A stretch of DNA of 64,000 bases from an uncultured virus (IMG/VR IMGVR_UViG_3300024264_000009) (IMGVR_UViG_3300024264_000009), one strand, 5' to 3'; positions 11,055 to 20,111 are shown, counted from the stretch's first letter. Notes: generated by a model not told the origin, from the sequence alone. Numbers and translations are program-made.

Positions 11055-11468
11055 TTAAGAAATTTTGATTTCTTGAGGTTTGTCTTCCTCAGGCACAATT
11101 CTCTCTAAACTTACAATCAAAATACCATTCTTCATATTTGCACCCTTAACGATTATATCGTCTGCAAGTGTGAATGACCTTTTGAATGAACGAGAAGCAA
11201 GTCCTTGGTGGACATACTCTTTTGATTCCGTATCCTGTTCTCCCTCGATAATTAGTTTCTCTTTCTCTTTAGAGATAGAAACCTCTTTCTTATCGAACCC
11301 AGCCACTGCCATTTCAATTTGGAAATTTTCCTCATCGATTTTTACAATGTTGTAAGGTGGATAGTTTGAACTAGAATGTGTATCAGCACGTTCTAATAGT
11401 TGTAGAGTTCTGTCGAACCCGATTGCGAATGGGAATGATTTCCCGAAGACATCGTCATAGATAGTCAT
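11055..11468 (-). CDS. hsp20: Small heat-shock protein Hsp20 (IbpA-like)
   Basis: YPPYNIVK, IEMAVAGF, HQGLASRSFKRSFTLAD, NGILIV; AAGGAG RBS. Confidence 0.95.
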   Translation of the reverse strand: MTIYDDVFGKSFPFAIGFDRTLQLLERADTHSSSNYPPYNIVKIDEENFQIEMAVAGFDKKEVSISKEKEKLIIEGEQDTESKEYVHQGLASRSFKRSFTLADDIIVKGANMKNGILIVSLERIVPEEDKPQEIKIS

Positions 11469-11527
11469 AGTTTTCTCCTTTATTAAGCAAGTTATTGTTA
11501 TGTGACCCCTAATGGGCATCACAATGG
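11466..11527 (-). promoter_or_regulatory. ROSE-like RNA thermometer in the hsp20 5' leader
   Basis: CUU(G)CUU pairs with the SD AAGGAG around a 4-nt loop; an upstream hairpin UGUGA..CCC/GGG..UCACA is also present. Confidence 0.7.
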
Positions 11528-11583
11528 TATTTATAACACCATACTACTATTATAAGGACTTTTTCTAAAATTTCAAGGGGGTT

Positions 11584-12195
11584 TTATCTTTTATTGCAAT
11601 ATTTTTTTGCATCACTTACTTGTTGAATGTTATTTACAATCACTACACCCATAAGAATGTTCATATAGTCGAATGTATCTGAAGTTAATTCGTGGGTTCT
11701 TCTATCCATCTCGATAGCAGGTAATAGAATTGCAGTCTTAACTGCGAACATTTTAGGGACTGAAGGAGACTCTCCTACGAGTGGATTTAGTTCTTCGACA
11801 CAATCATATTTAAGTCCACGATATGTTGTGTAGATATCTAGTAGTTGAAGAGTATAGAATGCAGTCCAATCAAACGTATTAGGTAGTTCAGATAGTGTAA
11901 ACTGTGACTGGTTCAGATTTTCCTTTGACTGTAATCCTATCGACTTCAGTGAATGCTCTAGACGGACATTGTAGATATGTTTCTTGTCCCAACAACACGT
12001 CCACCCCATCATAATTTCTCGTTTGTCCTTCGAGTCTAGCTCCGAGGTTAACTGCATCTCCAATGACGGAATAGTCAAATCTAAGTTCTGACCCCATGTT
12101 TCCAACGATACACTCCCCAGTGTTAATACCAATACCAACATTGATAGGGGGAAGACCGAGTGGTTTGAGTTCTTCATTGAGTTCCTTGGTAGCAA
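11584..12195 (-). CDS. Membrane-associated hypothetical protein (DUF5658-like C-terminus); true start uncertain
   Basis: QLLDIYTTYRGL...ELNPLVG motif; the 5' part overlaps the cyclase gene in another frame. Confidence 0.55.
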   Translation of the reverse strand: MLPRNSMKNSNHSVFPLSMLVLVLTLGSVSLETWGQNLDLTIPSLEMQLTSELDSKDKREIMMGWTCCWDKKHIYNVRLEHSLKSIGLQSKENLNQSQFTLSELPNTFDWTAFYTLQLLDIYTTYRGLKYDCVEELNPLVGESPSVPKMFAVKTAILLPAIEMDRRTHELTSDTFDYMNILMGVVIVNNIQQVSDAKKYCNKR

Positions 12196-13726
12196 TTAGT
12201 ATTTCTTCTGCAGACTTGACTGCCATCTCGGCATGGTCGGGACAATCTAAAGGTGCATTCCAAAAACTCATAATACAATCACCCATATACTTATCAATGG
12301 TTCCATTGTTATTTAGGATTATCTTTGTTTGCATGTCAAGGAATTTGTTAATGAGTTCCACTAATCCCTCGGGGTCGTCTTGTTTCATGTAGTGTTCGCT
12401 TATGGGGGTGAATCCACATATGTCCATAAACATGAAAGTTAACTCTTTTCTATCTCCACCCAATTTAAGTAAATCGGGGTTTTCTGCAAGTTGGTCAACC
12501 ATGTCGGGAGATAAATACTTTTGGAACTGCTTCTTGATTTCTTCTTTGAGTTGGTAGGTTGTATAGTATTGATTGAAAGAGGCATGACCAAAAACAATCA
12601 AGGAGGCAATTGATGAAAAGAAGGTATCGAAAAGAACGAGCTCTGAAGTCCAAATATAATAACTCCCGAAGATTTGAAGTCCTACAAGTGTTAGACTCAT
12701 TACCCCCGAAAGAATTGTGGGAAGTTTGTAAACCATCACCAATATCAATACAAGAACTGTCATCAGAAGAGCAATCTCAAGCAATTCAAGATAGTAGGAT
12801 TGTTGTATTTGAACTCCTGACAAAGAGGTTTGGATATGGTTCGCTTGCACTTCGTGAGGATACAATATTCCCACTGGAGTTGAAACTGGATTATTCAATC
12901 CCTCTGCAGTCAAACCCCATATCAGAATTTTATTAGTAAGATTTAGATTAGGTAAGTCGACAGCAGAAACCCGTTGGAATTCGTTCCAATAGGACACCAT
13001 AACGTCACTCGTTGGAGTGGTGGTGATAGGTTTGTCTCTGCCCATTCTTACCCACTCTACTCCAACTTCTGTAATTTTAGTTTGATACGAAGGTTGGTCT
13101 TTTAATGCACGAAGTGTTTCCAGTGCAAGAGACGGATATACCTGTTCATTTGCAGTTATGATTAAAGGGATAGACCTAGTTGTCCCGTCAAAGTTTGGTG
13201 TTCCACTAACACTAGGTGTTGCAACAGTGACCCCAACTCCATAAGTATTGTCCTGAAGTATCCTGATAGGACTTGAAATTCCTGAGAAGTTCCATAGGTA
13301 GTCTGTTGCATTTCCACTACCGAAAGTAGAGTTTCCTACGAAGGGTGCAGAACCAGTGTTCTTTTGAATGGTGGGTGCAGCTGATAGAATTGTTAATCTA
13401 TTGACCAATCCTTCTGCAAAGATTTCGTCTTCTCCCTGATTTCTATCAGGTTGATTAAAGAGTTGAGTGAAAACATGTGTGTTAGTGTAATGAGTGTCAA
13501 GGAGTAAATCCCTATAGATACTACGTTTGATAGGATACTGACCGAACACTTCAAGTGACTTCTCGTCTATGTCTACTAAGACAATGTCATCAACCTGAAC
13601 TTTCTCCTGACTCTGATGAAGAACATCAAAGTAAGACCACTTAATATTCTCTACTAAGTAAGGAGACCAAATTTTAAGTCCTACAAATACACCAATGGTG
13701 ATTAGGACTGTTTTCCAACTATACAT
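11888..13726 (-). CDS. CHASE2-sensor class III adenylate cyclase, membrane-anchored
   Basis: DIVLVDIDEKSL...TPVG...HEVQAN (CHASE2), three TM segments, FMDICGFT, DKYMGDCIM, DYSVIGDAVNLGARLE. Confidence 0.93.
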   Translation of the reverse strand: MYSWKTVLITIGVFVGLKIWSPYLVENIKWSYFDVLHQSQEKVQVDDIVLVDIDEKSLEVFGQYPIKRSIYRDLLLDTHYTNTHVFTQLFNQPDRNQGEDEIFAEGLVNRLTILSAAPTIQKNTGSAPFVGNSTFGSGNATDYLWNFSGISSPIRILQDNTYGVGVTVATPSVSGTPNFDGTTRSIPLIITANEQVYPSLALETLRALKDQPSYQTKITEVGVEWVRMGRDKPITTTPTSDVMVSYWNEFQRVSAVDLPNLNLTNKILIWGLTAEGLNNPVSTPVGILYPHEVQANHIQTSLSGVQIQQSYYLELLEIALLMTVLVLILVMVYKLPTILSGVMSLTLVGLQIFGSYYIWTSELVLFDTFFSSIASLIVFGHASFNQYYTTYQLKEEIKKQFQKYLSPDMVDQLAENPDLLKLGGDRKELTFMFMDICGFTPISEHYMKQDDPEGLVELINKFLDMQTKIILNNNGTIDKYMGDCIMSFWNAPLDCPDHAEMAVKSAEEILIATKELNEELKPLGLPPINVGIGINTGECIVGNMGSELRFDYSVIGDAVNLGARLEGQTRNYDGVDVLLGQETYLQCPSRAFTEVDRITVKGKSEPVTVYTI

Positions 13727-13944
13727 TATGAGAATTTCTTTTGTATTCGTTTATAGATATAGTAAATAGAAAGTCCATATGTTGCAAGGACTGTCATTGT
13801 GAATCCTATGTAGACCAACTCTATTGGTGTAAGGAAGAGAACTTGCCATACGAAATCAGATGCAGCTTCGACATCTCCTAATTCAAGTTCTGATGATTCG
13901 AGTTCATCGTCCCACTCGATAGGTTGGGGACATTCTGAATTCAT
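13726..13944 (-). CDS. Small membrane protein
   Basis: ATGA-coupled to the upstream curlin-like gene; one hydrophobic segment. Confidence 0.65.
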   Translation of the reverse strand: MNSECPQPIEWDDELESSELELGDVEAASDFVWQVLFLTPIELVYIGFTMTVLATYGLSIYYIYKRIQKKFS

Positions 13945-14576
13945 TGTTGAGTGACCGATACTGAACAACCACCTGCTGTGACGCAGTTTTGGGTGAGTGT
14001 ATATGCTTTGTTTGTTGAACCTTCTTGTAAAAGGTTAAGTGTTGTTGGATATGAACCCTGTAAAGTAATTTGTGCATTATGATTTCCTGAACCCTTCTGC
14101 ATGATACTACTATCTGAACCTGTTGCACTTCCATAGAAGTAAGTGTGTGCATAATGTGAACCACTACCCGACTGGTGTATTTCGTGGTCTACTGAATTTG
14201 AGTGAACGTCTATGTTATGTGTATGACTTCCGTTTTGATATACATCTACTGTATTATTATTACCCCATATGTGTCTACCATATGTTGCACCACCACTTTG
14301 TTCTACATTTTCAGTATTGTTGATTCCGTCTACGTCACCACCCCAAGACTTTCCAGGCCCCCAGTAAGAGACCCAAGAAATAGAGTTTCCGTTTCCTGTT
14401 TGTAATAAATTGAATGTGTTTCCACTATGTGCAAATGAGAACTTAATTTCATTATCATAACCTGCTTGTGTTATGTTAAGGTCAACGTCTCCACTTGCAA
14501 CCTGCTCAACATGGACGTGGTTATCCCCAGCCCATGTTAGAGGTGTCAATAAAATTAATAATAAACTTTTTTTCAT
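13941..14576 (-). CDS. Secreted curlin-like repeat protein (CsgB-like), His-rich
   Basis: Signal peptide MKKSLLLILLTPLTWA; Q-x-G-x-x-N/H repeats; C-terminal CVTAGGC; start re-set to 14576. Confidence 0.75.
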   Translation of the reverse strand: MKKSLLLILLTPLTWAGDNHVHVEQVASGDVDLNITQAGYDNEIKFSFAHSGNTFNLLQTGNGNSISWVSYWGPGKSWGGDVDGINNTENVEQSGGATYGRHIWGNNNTVDVYQNGSHTHNIDVHSNSVDHEIHQSGSGSHYAHTYFYGSATGSDSSIMQKGSGNHNAQITLQGSYPTTLNLLQEGSTNKAYTLTQNCVTAGGCSVSVTQQ

Positions 14577-14725
14577 TAGATAATCCATAAAAATAATATT
14601 GTAAATACTACTCCTTTTCCAAATGATAACCACAACATGTGGTAATCGTCCAGTCTCATTGCATCTTGAAATCCAGTTAACTGAAATTCGTGCCAATTAC
14701 GAAGTTTTTCTAACATACTATTCAT
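14576..14725 (-). CDS. Small membrane protein (49 aa), not in the track
   Basis: MNSMLEKLRNWHEFQL...LWLSFGKGVVFTILFLWII; AGGAG RBS; TAATG coupling to the next gene. Confidence 0.7.
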   Translation of the reverse strand: MNSMLEKLRNWHEFQLTGFQDAMRLDDYHMLWLSFGKGVVFTILFLWII

Positions 14726-14734
14726 ATATTTCTC

Positions 14735-15871
14735 CTAGTTTGTTTGTGTAATGGTAATATTTATAGACGAACCATCACCCACTTTAATTAGTGAACCTTT
14801 TTCGTCTGTAGTGGTTCTAATCGTTGCTTGTGCATAGATTGGGATTTTAATGGAGATAACTCCTTGAACTTCCCTGTAGAACCAAATTTGACCAAGACCC
14901 TTATCAACAATTGTATTGTATTGAGAGTCCTTATCAAACCCAAATGCAGTTCCTTCTATTCTTGCAACTCCGAAAGGGTCTGCCTTTCTTTCTGCATCGA
15001 TACCAACCTTTCGGTCAATCTCCAAAACTACATCTAGTAAATCTTGTAAGAAATCGATATCTAATAAGTCTCTATCGAGTTCTGTATATTCCAACTCATC
15101 GTCTTCAAAGTAATCTTCTTCTAAATCATTGAACTCTAAAAAGTCCACGTCAAGAATGTTGCTACTATCATTTTCGTTGTTAGACGATTCTTCTGCAACT
15201 TGTTCTTTCACCTCTTCGGGTGGATTCACAATAAACATATTGTCAATCATACTCCCATCAATACCATTCACTGTCACTGGTTTAGTAGGTGAATCGTCAA
15301 AAGTGGATACCATAGTTGCTTGATAAGCCTCTTCCAATGTGACACTTCCACCAGCATTACTCACAATAATTTTTCCTGAAGGATTACCAAATTCGTCAGG
15401 CAAAAGTATAACAAGTGACCTTCCAAGTTCATCAATACTTGTAGTGAAATCTGTTCCAACCACAGCAATTTGTGCTGTAGGTGTCGATACTTTAATATTA
15501 CTTTTCTTTATCTTCCCACCGAATCCTGAAGCAAATCTAGCGGTGCCTTGTGCCATTCGTATGGCCATTTTGGATTTAGAAGGGTCGGGGTCGTAATATA
15601 CCTCGTCAATCCAAACCTTGGAGTGTTCTGTTAAGTCCAGTCGTTCTTCACCTTTGAACTCAATCTTCATTCTCCCATTCTGAGTTTGTGCTGTATCATA
15701 CATCAACACATCAGGTTCAGTATTTGCACTGACAAGAGTAGACTCTCCGTCTCTCTGAAGTCCTGCTGAACCCTTATATTCTATAATCTCACCTATTGGT
15801 TCAGCTGAAACTGAACCAATAAGTAAAAGATTAATCGTTAGTATCTTTCTGAACGATATCAATATTTGCAT
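14735..15871 (-). CDS. FecR-domain periplasmic protein
   Basis: Signal-like N-terminus; T..GRMKIEF...LDLTEHS...GTARF...VSTPTAQIAVVGTDF (FecR signature); acidic C-terminal region. Confidence 0.85.
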   Translation of the reverse strand: MQILISFRKILTINLLLIGSVSAEPIGEIIEYKGSAGLQRDGESTLVSANTEPDVLMYDTAQTQNGRMKIEFKGEERLDLTEHSKVWIDEVYYDPDPSKSKMAIRMAQGTARFASGFGGKIKKSNIKVSTPTAQIAVVGTDFTTSIDELGRSLVILLPDEFGNPSGKIIVSNAGGSVTLEEAYQATMVSTFDDSPTKPVTVNGIDGSMIDNMFIVNPPEEVKEQVAEESSNNENDSSNILDVDFLEFNDLEEDYFEDDELEYTELDRDLLDIDFLQDLLDVVLEIDRKVGIDAERKADPFGVARIEGTAFGFDKDSQYNTIVDKGLGQIWFYREVQGVISIKIPIYAQATIRTTTDEKGSLIKVGDGSSINITITQTN

Positions 15872-16559
15872 TAGAAGTCACGAAAGATACATCAATAATA
15901 CCACTACAAGATGACCCTGAAGGACAACCAGCATCTGAACCACTCTTTTGAATGATGTCTATATCATTTGTAGAACCAGTTAAGACTGCAGTGATACTGT
16001 TATCGGTTGCATCTGATTGGTTAGTATTAATATCATTTGAATCTCCAGTAATAGTCCAGTTCCAAACTGCATTGTCACTATCTATTTTAGTAGTGAATAC
16101 GTTTGAATCTCCAGTTAACACTAAATCCCAGTTAAGGTATTCTGCAGATGCATCATATCCGACATCAATGTCAAATGTGTTTGAGTCACCTGTAATAACA
16201 CCTAACATGTTTAAGTTATCTGCACTACCAACATATCCTACGTTCCAATCCATTGAGTTAGAATCACCAGTAAAAGTTAAATTTACTGTTGAAGTATCTG
16301 CAATAAAAGGCCCGAATAACTTATTGTTATCTCCGTCTTGTAATAATGTTAAACTGTTAGTTGCACCAGTTAAAATCATGTCAATTGAAGTGCCAGAGAA
16401 ATCATCTCCACCAACTTTGTTTCCATAACCTTTTTGAGTGAAATTCAATATTAAATTGTCACCCGACTGTTGTATCCAAATCTCGTTATCATCTGCAGCT
16501 GCAGATACGAAACCAGTTAACCCTAATGATAAACATAATAAAAGAAGTTTATTCTTCAT
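15831..16559 (-). CDS. Secreted curlin-like repeat protein (CsgA-like)
   Basis: Signal peptide; DNEIWIQQSGDN, TQKGYGN and repeated (L/I)TGDSN beta-solenoid units; CPSGSSC near the C-terminus. Confidence 0.75.
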   Translation of the reverse strand: MKNKLLLLCLSLGLTGFVSAAADDNEIWIQQSGDNLILNFTQKGYGNKVGGDDFSGTSIDMILTGATNSLTLLQDGDNNKLFGPFIADTSTVNLTFTGDSNSMDWNVGYVGSADNLNMLGVITGDSNTFDIDVGYDASAEYLNWDLVLTGDSNVFTTKIDSDNAVWNWTITGDSNDINTNQSDATDNSITAVLTGSTNDIDIIQKSGSDAGCPSGSSCSGIIDVSFVTSNANIDIVQKDTND

Positions 16560-17460
16560 TTTGTTTTTCCTCTATATTGTGAAGTTCGTTTCTCCCATGA
16601 GTTCCATGAGGGTGACGATGTCCACTTTTTATTTCCCAAAAACCTCTATCGTGTCCTTGGTATATTAATTCTAAGACGGCAAGTTCAATTGCAGAACGAG
16701 TCGCTTTTGTGACTCCTTCGTTTTGTGCTACACCATCTTCTACTTCCACTAGTTGAGTATCCATATCCACAAACTTGAATACATCATACCCACCACCCGT
16801 GCTAAGAATCGTCTTCTTAGTTTGGACGTTTAATAATATTTCACCAGTAAGTGTTGAAATTCCTCTCAAACTTACAGTCACCACATCTCTCCTATAGGAG
16901 TTTGATGCACCGATGCCTAATGTTCTTGCACCTCGTCCACCACTTTCAATGTTAGTGTCATAACCAACTATCCCTCCGTCAAGAAGGATACCAGCAAATA
17001 AAAGAGGTTGAATTCCTGTTGGGGAATCTTCATTACCTTCTTGATTTGCAAAGTCTTCTCTTGCACTTCGTATGATTTGTCTCTCTCTTACAAGTGCATC
17101 TAAATTTGTTCTCTCTACTACTCTAAACCATTTACCTTTTCCAGCAGTCTTAAGTGCATCAATCAAGAATGCTTCTGCACCTTGGGTCACTGCAGTTGAG
17201 AATGATGCAACTCCGTCCATTCTCTTCCTTTGTCCTGTCTTATCTAAAAAACCATACACTGCAACAATAGGCATTGTCTCTGCAGCTGGTAAGTCTGCAA
17301 GTTCTTGGTAGGTTGGTATCTTCACAACCTCTGCATCTTCAATACATGAACCTACACGTTGCATAACTGTAGAATCACAAGTGTCTTGCATGGAAGGAAT
17401 ACTTGCACACCCACTAGTGAGCAAGACCATAATTAGTCCTACTAATCCTACATTTTTCAT
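16549..17460 (-). CDS. csgG: Curli secretion channel lipoprotein CsgG
   Basis: Lipobox LTSGC; VAVYGFLDKTGQRK, FSTAVTQGA, WFRVVER, ERQIIR, GGIVGYDTN, YRRDVVTVSLR. Confidence 0.95.
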   Translation of the reverse strand: MKNVGLVGLIMVLLTSGCASIPSMQDTCDSTVMQRVGSCIEDAEVVKIPTYQELADLPAAETMPIVAVYGFLDKTGQRKRMDGVASFSTAVTQGAEAFLIDALKTAGKGKWFRVVERTNLDALVRERQIIRSAREDFANQEGNEDSPTGIQPLLFAGILLDGGIVGYDTNIESGGRGARTLGIGASNSYRRDVVTVSLRGISTLTGEILLNVQTKKTILSTGGGYDVFKFVDMDTQLVEVEDGVAQNEGVTKATRSAIELAVLELIYQGHDRGFWEIKSGHRHPHGTHGRNELHNIEEKQNEE

Positions 17461-17919
17461 TTAGAAACTTCCTGTTCCAACTGGTATATCTAAAGTTGTT
17501 GTCGTCCCGTCTTCTGCTACAATGGTTAACCTAATAAATTCTGCACCATCTTCACCAACTAATTTTTCGTATGTGACTGTATTCCCTTCTATTGAGAAAA
17601 CTCCATATGATGCAGCTTCTCCGTTAGAGAACATATTTTCTACTAACTGTTTTGCTATCTGAGCATAAATTCTACTTTCTACGTTTCTTAAAAATTTTGC
17701 AAGAGTGGTATTATCTGCATCCCTTTCTGCTTTTGCAATTCGGTCTTCTATGTCTTGTGCTATCTTATCACGTCTTGATTTTTCTTGATTCTCAATTGTG
17801 AGATAGTGTGATGATTGTCCTATTCCATTGAAGGAAGGACTTTTGAATTTGTGAACTATTTCATCTGCACTTACACTAAGTGCAAAACAAATACTAATTA
17901 TTACTGTCGGTTTTATCAT
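17461..17919 (-). CDS. csgF: Curli assembly component CsgF
   Basis: Signal peptide then EIVHKFKSPSFNG (CsgF-type FxxPxFxG), ENQE, LAKF..NVESRIYAQ; adjacent to csgG. Confidence 0.88.
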   Translation of the reverse strand: MIKPTVIISICFALSVSADEIVHKFKSPSFNGIGQSSHYLTIENQEKSRRDKIAQDIEDRIAKAERDADNTTLAKFLRNVESRIYAQIAKQLVENMFSNGEAASYGVFSIEGNTVTYEKLVGEDGAEFIRLTIVAEDGTTTTLDIPVGTGSF

Positions 17920-18175
17920 CTGTCATGTTTCCTCTCTTTTTTTGATTCTCTTTGTATTCGAGAACTACGTCTACTTTTTGTTGTAGACGAATCAAGTCTT
18001 GGTCTAACATTCGCACTTGGTCAATCACTTTAATCAATGCAAAGTGTTGTTTTTCGATTTCGGGTTCCAATTTTTCACCCACAAACCACCAAACATAATA
18101 TACGAAATATCCAAGTCCAACCATCATTACGATTGGAAATCCATAATCAGAAATAAGTTGTGCAATATTTTCCAC
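17894..18175 (-). CDS. Small TM + coiled-coil protein
   Basis: ISDYGFPIV..GYFVYYVW; paralog-like to 18175-18468. Confidence 0.75.
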   Translation of the reverse strand: MENIAQLISDYGFPIVMMVGLGYFVYYVWWFVGEKLEPEIEKQHFALIKVIDQVRMLDQDLIRLQQKVDVVLEYKENQKKRGNMTDDKTDSNN

Positions 18176-18468
18176 TAGTCCCTTCTCACGTCTAGTTTCC
18201 CGTCTTCTATAAAGTTCTCTGCACGTGCAATTCTCTCTATATCGGGTCTAAGTTCTAAGGCACTTGACACTAACATGTCTATCTTAATCATTTCGTTAGA
18301 CATTGTTCTTGCACGATTTTCTAGTGACTTACAGAACATGGTAAGGGTTTTGATAGAATCAACGACACCTTCTAGTATTTGTTTGATAACTGTAAAAATA
18401 AAGAAACCCATCACTAGACTTCCAGCAATCGGAGCTCCCACTTCACTTATCAAACCAAATATATCCAT
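18175..18468 (-). CDS. Small TM + coiled-coil protein, first gene of the curli operon
   Basis: ISEVGAPIA..GFFIF; starts 5 nt after TATAAATA. Confidence 0.75.
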   Translation of the reverse strand: MDIFGLISEVGAPIAGSLVMGFFIFTVIKQILEGVVDSIKTLTMFCKSLENRARTMSNEMIKIDMLVSSALELRPDIERIARAENFIEDGKLDVRRD

Positions 18469-18473
18469 ACCTT

Positions 18474-18481
18474 TATTTATA
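18474..18481 (-). promoter_or_regulatory. T4-type late promoter (TATAAATA) for the curli operon
   Basis: Exact gp55 consensus located just downstream of a terminator. Confidence 0.75.
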
Positions 18482-18503
18482 CTAATAACTGTTTACAGAC
18501 AAT

Positions 18504-18529
18504 AAAAAAGGGTGCATAAGCACCCTTTT
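18504..18529 (-). terminator. Intrinsic terminator
   Basis: AAAAGGGTGC-TTAT-GCACCCTTTTTT hairpin with U tract. Confidence 0.85.
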
Positions 18530-18544
18530 GTTATTACGTTCAGT

Positions 18545-18787
18545 TTATAACTGTTCTCGTAATTCACTTATAACATTTGCTTTAGAACCACTCTTCTTGA
18601 CTTTAAGATTTTTCTTATCTGCCATTTCAATGAGTTGATTCTTGGTAAGTTTCTTTAATTCTGCAACACTTGGTGTTTTAGGTTTAGGTGCTGGTGTCGG
18701 TTTTGACACACTTGAACCTTTATCCTTCTTATTTTGAATAAAGTAAACAATACCTACAACAACTATTATTCCAATTATGATTTCCAT
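18545..18787 (-). CDS. Membrane-anchored protein with C-terminal Rho-N/HeH-like helical motif
   Basis: N-terminal TM segment, Pro/Lys linker, LKKLTKNQLIEMA...KANVISEL. Confidence 0.7.
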   Translation of the reverse strand: MEIIIGIIVVVGIVYFIQNKKDKGSSVSKPTPAPKPKTPSVAELKKLTKNQLIEMADKKNLKVKKSGSKANVISELREQL

Positions 18788-18801
18788 TACATTTCCTCAG
18801 T

Positions 18802-19020
18802 TTATTTTTCTAACAATGGATTTTTATTCTTGGCCTTACCTATTACTAGTGCAAGAACTTCTAGGTATTTGTATACCTTTGCCCATATCTTATCATCTGC
18901 GGGTGTTGGTGTCAAAGCGACAATAACACTACAAATAGATATAACGATTGGAATTACCATAAGTAAGTTCCAAATCCCCATAATAAAGTCTATTATGCTT
19001 GATAACATAGTTTCCTCCAT
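18802..19020 (-). CDS. Small membrane protein, possibly holin-like
   Basis: Hydrophobic; TPTPADD motif; TATAAATA at 19029-19036. Confidence 0.65.
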   Translation of the reverse strand: MEETMLSSIIDFIMGIWNLLMVIPIVISICSVIVALTPTPADDKIWAKVYKYLEVLALVIGKAKNKNPLLEK

Positions 19021-19046
19021 TTGTTATTTATTTATAACAGTTGTAT

Positions 19047-19457
19047 TTAGGGATTTTGGGAACCGATTGAGTATTTTGTTGTCAATTTCCATTCGGATTT
19101 CTCTCTAAATGGTATAATTTTTATCTGACTTAGGGGTGCTTTTGGGTCTTCTATTTGAGTCTTATTGACTACAGATACTAGTTTCCATTGTTCTAAAAGT
19201 GACACTATAGTGTTTCTTCGTGCAATATCTGACTCATCAAGATTAGAAGGTTTACCATCGAGTTTGAATAACTCTTTGAAATGTGTGATATAATACTTAC
19301 CACGTTTGTGTAGAATATGACAAGACTGAAATAATTCCTTATCCTTTCTTGATGCGACACCTATTCTAGAAAGTGTTTCTCTAATTTTTAAAAAATCATC
19401 TTTTTCGGGGAATGTGACCTCTACTAGGCCTTTTACTATTTCTTCTTGGTTATCCAT
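19047..19457 (-). CDS. regA: Translational repressor RegA
   Basis: DDFLKIRETLSRIGVAS, LFQSCHILHKRGKYYITHFKELF, RRNTI, KYSIG. Confidence 0.97.
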   Translation of the reverse strand: MDNQEEIVKGLVEVTFPEKDDFLKIRETLSRIGVASRKDKELFQSCHILHKRGKYYITHFKELFKLDGKPSNLDESDIARRNTIVSLLEQWKLVSVVNKTQIEDPKAPLSQIKIIPFREKSEWKLTTKYSIGSQNP

Positions 19458-19842
19458 TATCTCTACCACCAGTTTTCATACTGTTTTTCAATTCACGATA
19501 TTGTTTTTCAGATAGTAAAGTTGCATATTCTTTTGCTTCTTTTGTTGATATCTGATAATAATCTTTAATTATATCGAGTTTTTTACTAACGTAAGGTTTA
19601 CTCCACTTGGAGAACCTTTGACGTTTCCTAAGAGTATTTAGGAAAAAGACATATTGAAGACGATTGTCTACACCATGTCTAATGTTCATTTCGTTAGTAA
19701 GAAAAACAGAATCTTGGTGATAAGATAATGCTTTGTTTATTAAGAATGGTTGATATGATTTCTCTTCGATATCATCAACCATGATATCAGTTTTATCGGA
19801 AGAGACCGATTTTACAAAATCGAATGGATTTCTTTTAGACAT
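19450..19842 (-). CDS. gp62: Clamp loader small subunit
   Basis: PFDFVKS, YQPFLINKALS, NEMN, LRKRQRFSKW; synteny with regA and gp44. Confidence 0.92.
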   Translation of the reverse strand: MSKRNPFDFVKSVSSDKTDIMVDDIEEKSYQPFLINKALSYHQDSVFLTNEMNIRHGVDNRLQYVFFLNTLRKRQRFSKWSKPYVSKKLDIIKDYYQISTKEAKEYATLLSEKQYRELKNSMKTGGRDNG

Positions 19843-20111
19843 TAAGTGCTTCTTACATAAGAATCAATTAAGGCTTGTCCTTTCAATGGAGTTCCAAAGA
19901 TATAGGTTTCTCCATTGTCTAAAGTTCTTTTAACTGTTTCGTCATTGTATTGAATATCTAAGACACCTTTTCCATTTTCAGTGTCTTGTGGTCTTGTATC
20001 ATACCACATTGAATTCAGTGAATGTGCATGTGCAGATTTAACACCACTAGCCCATTCTTCAGCTTCTAGTAGCAGTCTTTGTCGTTCTACTGTTTCATTA
20101 TATTCTGTCAT
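19842..20111 (-). CDS. Hypothetical protein
   Basis: 89-aa ORF coupled to both neighbours. Confidence 0.7.
   Translation of the reverse strand: MTEYNETVERQRLLLEAEEWASGVKSAHAHSLNSMWYDTRPQDTENGKGVLDIQYNDETVKRTLDNGETYIFGTPLKGQALIDSYVRST

Noticed and set aside
14577..14696. N-terminal extensions in the track (also nuclease, MTase, prx, hsp20, 29838, 54094, 22313)
   Set aside because: They overlap upstream genes or promoters; internal starts have an RBS, translational coupling or a signal peptide.
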